IMG/VR virus record: IMGVR_UViG_3300021403_000007
Location: 495 to 64,494 of that record
DNA: 64,000 nt
Strand: one strand, 5' to 3'
Source: a virus
Taxonomy: Duplodnaviria; Caudoviricetes
In this document: piece after piece, positions 59,051-64,000 of the stretch
Layout of the letters: every line of letters starts with the position of its first letter
How positions within the stretch are numbered: position 1 is the first letter of the stretch
Translations under genes and position numbers: made by a program
Notes under the pieces: model-generated
Told to the model about the DNA's origin: nothing
What the model saw: only the letters and a program-made list of their open reading frames with translations
The model's database searches: none

Positions 59051-59071
59051 GCCTCCCCATACGGATACCTT

Positions 59072-59093
59072 GGGTGGGGGCAGTCCCCCACCT
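59072..59093 (+). terminator. Hairpin after the MCP gene
   Basis: GGGTGGGGG-cagt-CCCCCACCT. Confidence 0.55.
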
Positions 59094-59127
59094 ACTCTTA
59101 GAGTAGTATAAAACAAGTAAGGTAAAC

Positions 59128-59523
59128 ATGACGCAGTACTTTCAAGTCAGTGATTACCTAGCAAATACTAGGTCATTTTTGCAGGACTTGATTGGGCCTC
59201 CCTATCGGTATGCAGACGCTGACATCGTGTTTGCACTGAATACTGCGGTCGCTGAAATCTCACGTTTACGCCCGGATTTGTTCTTAGAGTATAAATATCA
59301 ACACCCGCTTCCCCGAAAATCATATCCTGACGACTTAGTGCCAGGGTTGTTTACAAGTACGAGAACTACAGATGTGGTGCCGATCCCTCGTACTTATTAT
59401 CAACCTACGATTTGGTATATGGCTGGCTTATTGCAGGCTTGGGACGTAGACGACACGCAAGACGTGAGGGCGCAAATGTTCTCGCAGAAGTTCGTTGGGG
59501 CTTTAACGAGTTTGGTGGCGTAA
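59128..59523 (+). CDS. Head-tail adaptor-like protein
   Basis: R..LQD....RY....I..ALN....EI.RLRPD pattern; follows the MCP. Confidence 0.6.
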   Translation: MTQYFQVSDYLANTRSFLQDLIGPPYRYADADIVFALNTAVAEISRLRPDLFLEYKYQHPLPRKSYPDDLVPGLFTSTRTTDVVPIPRTYYQPTIWYMAGLLQAWDVDDTQDVRAQMFSQKFVGALTSLVA

Positions 59524-60246
59524 TTGGCAACTGCGACACAAATTCGTATCATTGACGCAACCAGGATAACGTGTCCTGGTGCGCTCGATGGTATGATTAA
59601 CATGTGTCTGTTTGACGCCATCAAAGAGTTCTTCGCTAGAAGTAACTCATGGCTGTTTGAAACAGTCGTGGGGATTGTTCCCGAGAGTAACGATTACATG
59701 CTTGATACGTGTCAAAATGTGGTCGTCAACCGATTGATGAATGTAGCGCAGCCACGAACAGCCCCCCCTCTGCCGCCACGTTACTTGCCAATGGACCCCC
59801 CACAGTTTTTAGCGATATGGACTGAGGGTGAAGGGAAAGACGAAACAATTAATCCGTTGTTTAGTGTACCGCGAGACGCAGTGTTGTTAAACGCTGGCAC
59901 CAAATGCCCCATAATGAGAATACGTTGGAATCCCCAAGCACCAATGTTTTGGGTGGTAACACTCGCGTTGAATGTAGCTGACCCAGTAGATAAAGAGGGT
60001 TTACCCATAGTTCCTGATTGGATACTTGACAAGTATTATGATTACATAAAATCTGGTGTTATTTCCCGGTTACAACAGCAACCCGGTAAAGCATATTCTT
60101 CACAACAGGGTGCATCATTTCATGGGCGCAAATTTAACGAGGGAATAGGACTTGCTCGTACTGAGGTACGGGCAATGTTTACGTATGGTGGGCAACGATG
60201 GGCCTTCCCACAGGGTTGGAACTATAGGAGGCCGTACGTTCCATGA
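59524..60246 (+). CDS. Adaptor/tail tubular protein A-like
   Basis: CPGA....I...L.DA..EFF..S..W pattern; position. Confidence 0.6.
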   Translation: MATATQIRIIDATRITCPGALDGMINMCLFDAIKEFFARSNSWLFETVVGIVPESNDYMLDTCQNVVVNRLMNVAQPRTAPPLPPRYLPMDPPQFLAIWTEGEGKDETINPLFSVPRDAVLLNAGTKCPIMRIRWNPQAPMFWVVTLALNVADPVDKEGLPIVPDWILDKYYDYIKSGVISRLQQQPGKAYSSQQGASFHGRKFNEGIGLARTEVRAMFTYGGQRWAFPQGWNYRRPYVP

Positions 60247-60944
60247 ACTTCCCTTTTAACTTTAGAAATCAAGCATATTTTTATGCACAGGGGTCCGGTG
60301 GACCTCTTGGTTCGTTTAGTAAATCTATGGCAGCAAAATCTACTATCGCGATTGATTATACGAGTATCTCTGGTTTTACAATGACGAACCAATCGTTTTT
60401 ATTGGATATGCAAACGCAGCCACCGTTGATTATAAGTCAACCTGTTTTGGCTGGTCAAAGTAACATACTTAGTTTTGTATTAAGTGGTGGGTTTGGTGGG
60501 GTTGAATATGGTTTATCAATTCACGCTCTTTCGAGTGTAGGGGGAACACTCCGTTCTGATACTTTAAAAGTGTGTATTGAAGCTCCTTATGATCAACACT
60601 GTGGTTGCTCTAGTTGCGGGCATGACCCTTGTGATTGCTGTGATACCATATTAGACCTTAAAGCACAAGTTGCTGTTTTACGACCTAATATGAATACTTT
60701 TGGGAGTAACTTTGTACAGTTTTACGTGGCTCCGATAGCACCACAGAACCCTAATTTACTTGATATGTGGTATAACACAACGAATGGGCTTTTTTATGAT
60801 TACGTATCTAATGGTGTAACGAACTCATGGCAACTTCAGGGTGGTGCTAGTAGTGGTATATTTAATGTACCCGTGACAATTAATAACTCTTTAACGGTGA
60901 CTGGTCCGGTTAATTTAAACTTGGATTGTGGGGTATATCCATGA
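60243..60944 (+). CDS. Fibre-adaptor-like virion protein
   Basis: Paralogous N-terminus to the next gene; Cys-rich linker; ends LDCGVYP. Confidence 0.65.
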   Translation: MNFPFNFRNQAYFYAQGSGGPLGSFSKSMAAKSTIAIDYTSISGFTMTNQSFLLDMQTQPPLIISQPVLAGQSNILSFVLSGGFGGVEYGLSIHALSSVGGTLRSDTLKVCIEAPYDQHCGCSSCGHDPCDCCDTILDLKAQVAVLRPNMNTFGSNFVQFYVAPIAPQNPNLLDMWYNTTNGLFYDYVSNGVTNSWQLQGGASSGIFNVPVTINNSLTVTGPVNLNLDCGVYP

Positions 60945-62149
60945 AGTCGTTCAGCGCACCAGTTAATTTCAGCAACGCGGCTCAGTTTTATCCTGACAGC
61001 ACAGGGAAAATTGGTACGTTCTTGAAATCACCGGCAGCACAAACGTTGATCACATTAGATTATTCTCATAATCTTGCTACCGGAGTAACAGTTACTAAAG
61101 TTGCTTACGTTCTCGATGTTCAATCGACCCCCTTGTTGATTATAAGCAATTCCGTTACCACGGCTCAAATGTTAACATTTATTTTGAGTGGTGGGTGGGC
61201 AGGACTTACTTATGATCTAACAATACAAGCAACTTTGTCTACTGGGGCGGTTCGTACCGATGTTCTCACAATTGAGATAGTGGGAGATGATTGCATGAAA
61301 TATGATCCCTGCTGTCTTCCAATGGGGAAGCCCTTGGGTGCGCCTTCGCGTATTCCCAAGACGTTTCAACAGGCTGCTATGTCTAGTGATTGCAGCGTGT
61401 ATAAATCGTCTTGTATTAGTTATTACATTTGCGCTAGTGCGCCGGTTAACCCTAACGTAATGGACCAGTGGTATAACACAATCAATCACGGTATTTACGA
61501 ATATTTAACTGATGGTGTTAATTTCTGGTGGCAACCGTTCTTCGTGAACGTGAAATATGCAGTTGCATCGTTGTACTATCAAGCAAGGGCTGGTCAAACA
61601 GTGTTTAGTACTTTGGCACCAGACATGCTTGGTAATTCTGGGGTAATCAACCCGACAGATTTTGTACAAGCATATGTGAATGGTGTGCGATTGGTCCCAA
61701 CAACTGATTTCACGTTTGCTGGGCCTTCAACTGTGACATTGTTGCGACCTATACCGGCCACTGATATTGTGATGATTGATATTCTTGCTCCAACTGTAAT
61801 CACGCCTCCAATACCTCCAAGTGGCGGTGGTGGTGGCAATACTCAAATAGTTATTAGCGATACTGCGCCTGCAAATCCAACCACCGGTATGTTGTGGTTT
61901 GATAGTGTGGGTGGTAATCTTTACATTTGGTATACTGACCCTAACGGATCGCAATGGGTGGTTGTAGTTAACGCTGGTGGCGGTGGTGGTAGCGGTGGTG
62001 GTAGTACGCCTGCTGGTATAGTAATTGGTGACACTGCTCCAACAAGTCCAACAGTCGGTATGTTGTGGTTTGACAGTGTTGGTTGCCAACTTTATACCTG
62101 GTATTTTGATGGTAACACGTCGCAATGGGTAGTGGTGGTTAACGAATAA
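60941..62149 (+). CDS. Fibre-adaptor/hub-like virion protein
   Basis: ATGA overlap; YVNGVRL module; two tandem GMLWFDSVG..SQWV modules. Confidence 0.7.
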   Translation: MKSFSAPVNFSNAAQFYPDSTGKIGTFLKSPAAQTLITLDYSHNLATGVTVTKVAYVLDVQSTPLLIISNSVTTAQMLTFILSGGWAGLTYDLTIQATLSTGAVRTDVLTIEIVGDDCMKYDPCCLPMGKPLGAPSRIPKTFQQAAMSSDCSVYKSSCISYYICASAPVNPNVMDQWYNTINHGIYEYLTDGVNFWWQPFFVNVKYAVASLYYQARAGQTVFSTLAPDMLGNSGVINPTDFVQAYVNGVRLVPTTDFTFAGPSTVTLLRPIPATDIVMIDILAPTVITPPIPPSGGGGGNTQIVISDTAPANPTTGMLWFDSVGGNLYIWYTDPNGSQWVVVVNAGGGGGSGGGSTPAGIVIGDTAPTSPTVGMLWFDSVGCQLYTWYFDGNTSQWVVVVNE

Positions 62150-62164
62150 CTCTGAGAGTAAAAA

Positions 62165-64000
62165 ATGTCGAAGGCTTTTGACACCGCCCTATTCGTCCCC
62201 GAGCCCGAGCCCGATGTTGGGCAGTCGGCAGGTGTGCAGGTTGTTGGACCGCCATTCGATACCAATTGGTATTACTACGCGATAGCATCTGGCCCAGGCA
62301 TTATGATCAATGCTGACGTGCCTGCTGCTACGGCTCCTGAACAAACAATAGTGTCCGGTCCTGCACCGGAATTTGCTTGGGCGTCGAAAGCGCCTTATTA
62401 CCTCGGTGGTCTACCTGCACAGCCAATTTATAACCCAGCAGCGCCTTCTCCCGCCGGAACGATGTATTTTAATACTTCAGATCACACACCTTACGTCTTA
62501 TCGTATCAACCACTTACCAATGTGCCAATCTGGACCCCTCTGCCGGTAGCAACCCGCAACATGCTGACTATTGCAGCGAGTTTGCCTGCTGCTACACAGC
62601 AGGGGCAGATGCTGGTTGCTGGTGGTATACCCAATGGTGGGGTGTATCCGTGGACAGCATCAATTGGTATGTTTTTGGGGGCGCACCCTATACCGCCGAC
62701 CCAAGTTCCGGGGTCTGGGTCAATACCTGTTGGTTCGTTGTATTATAACACTTCAAATAATACTTTGTATGTATGGAATGGGTCAAGCTGGCAAACAATC
62801 ACGACGCCAACAAAGGCGGCAACAGCTAGTTTATATTATCAGGGCGCGTTAAACCAAATGGTTTATCCGTTGACAACACCGGATTTATTTGGTAATTCGC
62901 ATACTCTTGATCCAGTTGAGGCTGTTGAAGTCTATTTGAACGGTGTACGATTAACACCGGAAGGTGGATCTATACCGGGAGATTATTTGGTTACTGTTGC
63001 TACGTCATTGATTACTCTGGCAACAATTCCGCCAACTGGATCGATTGTTACGATTGATATTTTACAAGATCCGTTAACGCTTGGGCCGACGTTAGTATTG
63101 CGTGAAATGCTTATGCCAATTACAACGTTTGATGGTGTACAGACAACGTTTGATTTGATTGCTACAAGTGGTACTGGGATTGTTGTAAATGATCCGGTTG
63201 ATCTTAATGTTTCACTTGATGGTGTTTTACAAGAGCCTGGTGTCGCTTACATCCTTAGTACTGATGGCACTCAAATTATTTTTAGTGAGCCACCTATTGC
63301 TGATGCTGTTTGTTTTATTGTTTATTTCTCAAAAAGTGCTATTGGCTTTCTAAGTAGTGTTGAACATGATTTAACAATGACTGGTGATGGCACTGCTGCG
63401 AATCCGTTGAGTGCGGTACTTGCTTCAGAGGCAACGGGGCTTCCCGGTATTGTCTATGTACCAGTAAACGGTTTTGCTGGCACACCTAACGCGATCAACT
63501 TGGCTCCTGATGGCGGAATCAGTGTTGAAGTTGATTCGAGTAGTGGGCTTGTGGTGTCACCGGGAGCGCCGAACCCGCTTACTGGTAGAGCTACGGGTAG
63601 TGTGATCTCTGTTAATCTTGACAGTGGCAGCGCGCATGATTTCACTGGTGCAGGTGAATTAACGCTTGTTGTTGCCACTCAAGCGCAAGTTGATGCTGGC
63701 ACGGATAACGCTAATCCAGTCACATCGTTAACTTTAGCTCAATCAACATCGCTCGATACTCGCTATGTCAATTTGACCGGCGACACGATGACCGGTCCAC
63801 TCAACATTCCTATTCAGCCAGCCGCTCCTAATGAAGCCACCAACAAACAATACGTTGATGAGGCGATTGCTGCCAGTGCGCTTTATCAAGGGGTGTGGCA
63901 CGTAGCAGCAAACCAACCTGATCTTACTCCTGGAGTTATGAACCCACTTAACGGTTGGTCGTGGATCGCACAGACGATTGACCCAAATATTCCAGAAACA
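62165..64000 (+). CDS. Long tail fibre protein, N-terminal part (runs off the window end and continues at position 1; about 1273 aa when joined)
   Basis: ATG at 62165 after GAGAGTAA; translates MSKAFDTALFVPEPEP. Absent from the ORF track, consistent with no stop before the window end. 63680 (equivalent to position 1) is in frame (1515 nt = 505 codons). Confidence 0.8.
   Translation, partial: MSKAFDTALFVPEPEPDVGQSAGVQVVGPPFDTNWYYYAIASGPGIMINADVPAATAPEQTIVSGPAPEFAWASKAPYYLGGLPAQPIYNPAAPSPAGTMYFNTSDHTPYVLSYQPLTNVPIWTPLPVATRNMLTIAASLPAATQQGQMLVAGGIPNGGVYPWTASIGMFLGAHPIPPTQVPGSGSIPVGSLYYNTSNNTLYVWNGSSWQTITTPTKAATASLYYQGALNQMVYPLTTPDLFGNSHTLDPVEAVEVYLNGVRLTPEGGSIPGDYLVTVATSLITLATIPPTGSIVTIDILQDPLTLGPTLVLREMLMPITTFDGVQTTFDLIATSGTGIVVNDPVDLNVSLDGVLQEPGVAYILSTDGTQIIFSEPPIADAVCFIVYFSKSAIGFLSSVEHDLTMTGDGTAANPLSAVLASEATGLPGIVYVPVNGFAGTPNAINLAPDGGISVEVDSSSGLVVSPGAPNPLTGRATGSVISVNLDSGSAHDFTGAGELTLVVATQAQVDAGTDNANPVTSLTLAQSTSLDTRYVNLTGDTMTGPLNIPIQPAAPNEATNKQYVDEAIAASALYQGVWHVAANQPDLTPGVMNPLNGWSWIAQTIDPNIPET
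63680..64000. repeat. Terminal redundancy copy 2 (matches 1-321); implies a unit length of about 63679 bp
   Basis: caagcgcaagttga... restarts at 63680. Confidence 0.95.

Larger units (their letters stand above)
245..63938. repeat. Dispersed palindrome family TTACT(C/A)-N3(-4)-(G/T)AGTAA, roughly 80-90 copies by eye
   Basis: Perfect copies at 25188, 27876, 43942, 45735, 47804; many 1-2 mismatch copies genome-wide. Confidence 0.9.

Noticed and set aside
245-63938. CRISPR array or MITE explanation for the palindrome
   Set aside because: Copies are 15 bp, dispersed, irregularly spaced and in-frame within genes, with no spacers or target-site duplications.
1-64000. Stop-codon reassignment or modified-base (PurZ, queuosine-type) pathway
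   Set aside because: The standard code gives dense, intact genes ending in all three stop codons, and no modification enzymes were recognised.

Overview
The window is essentially one complete, circularly permuted genome (about 63.7 kb) of a tailed dsDNA phage with podovirus-like morphogenesis genes. Positions 63680-64000 re-read positions 1-321, with 13 mismatches. Rightward arm (48917 to the end, wrapping to 29769): terminase, portal, small basic proteins, scaffold, P22-coat-like major capsid protein, adaptors, about 12 modular fibre/spike genes, nozzle, GNAT-like protein, three internal/ejection proteins (one with a lytic transglycosylase domain; one 2267-aa polyvalent protein), HNH, a moron-like cassette (Pro-rich protein and a PEP-CTERM protein), GH19 endolysin and holin. 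Leftward arm (46788 down to 29742): early hypotheticals, MoxR AAA + vWA/metallopeptidase pair, family-A DNA polymerase, Cas4-like exonuclease, three small DNA-binding proteins, VRR-NUC, SNF2-like helicase and a primase-helicase. I saw no integrase, reverse transcriptase, tRNA or CRISPR array. The host is inferred to be an alphaproteobacterium (Rhizobiales-like), from the PEPxxWA-type sorting signal and a REP-like hairpin. The strongest unexplained signals are: (1) a palindrome TTACTC-N3-GAGTAA in roughly 80-90 by-eye copies genome-wide, including inside genes and over promoters; (2) three sigma70 promoters whose -35 box is bracketed by TACAAC-N24-GTTGTA; (3) a ~500-nt hairpin-dense candidate ncRNA at 47660-48170 containing an anti-Shine-Dalgarno-like tract; (4) a phage-borne PEP-CTERM cassette. 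All counts are manual and all family assignments rest on recognised motifs, not database searches.
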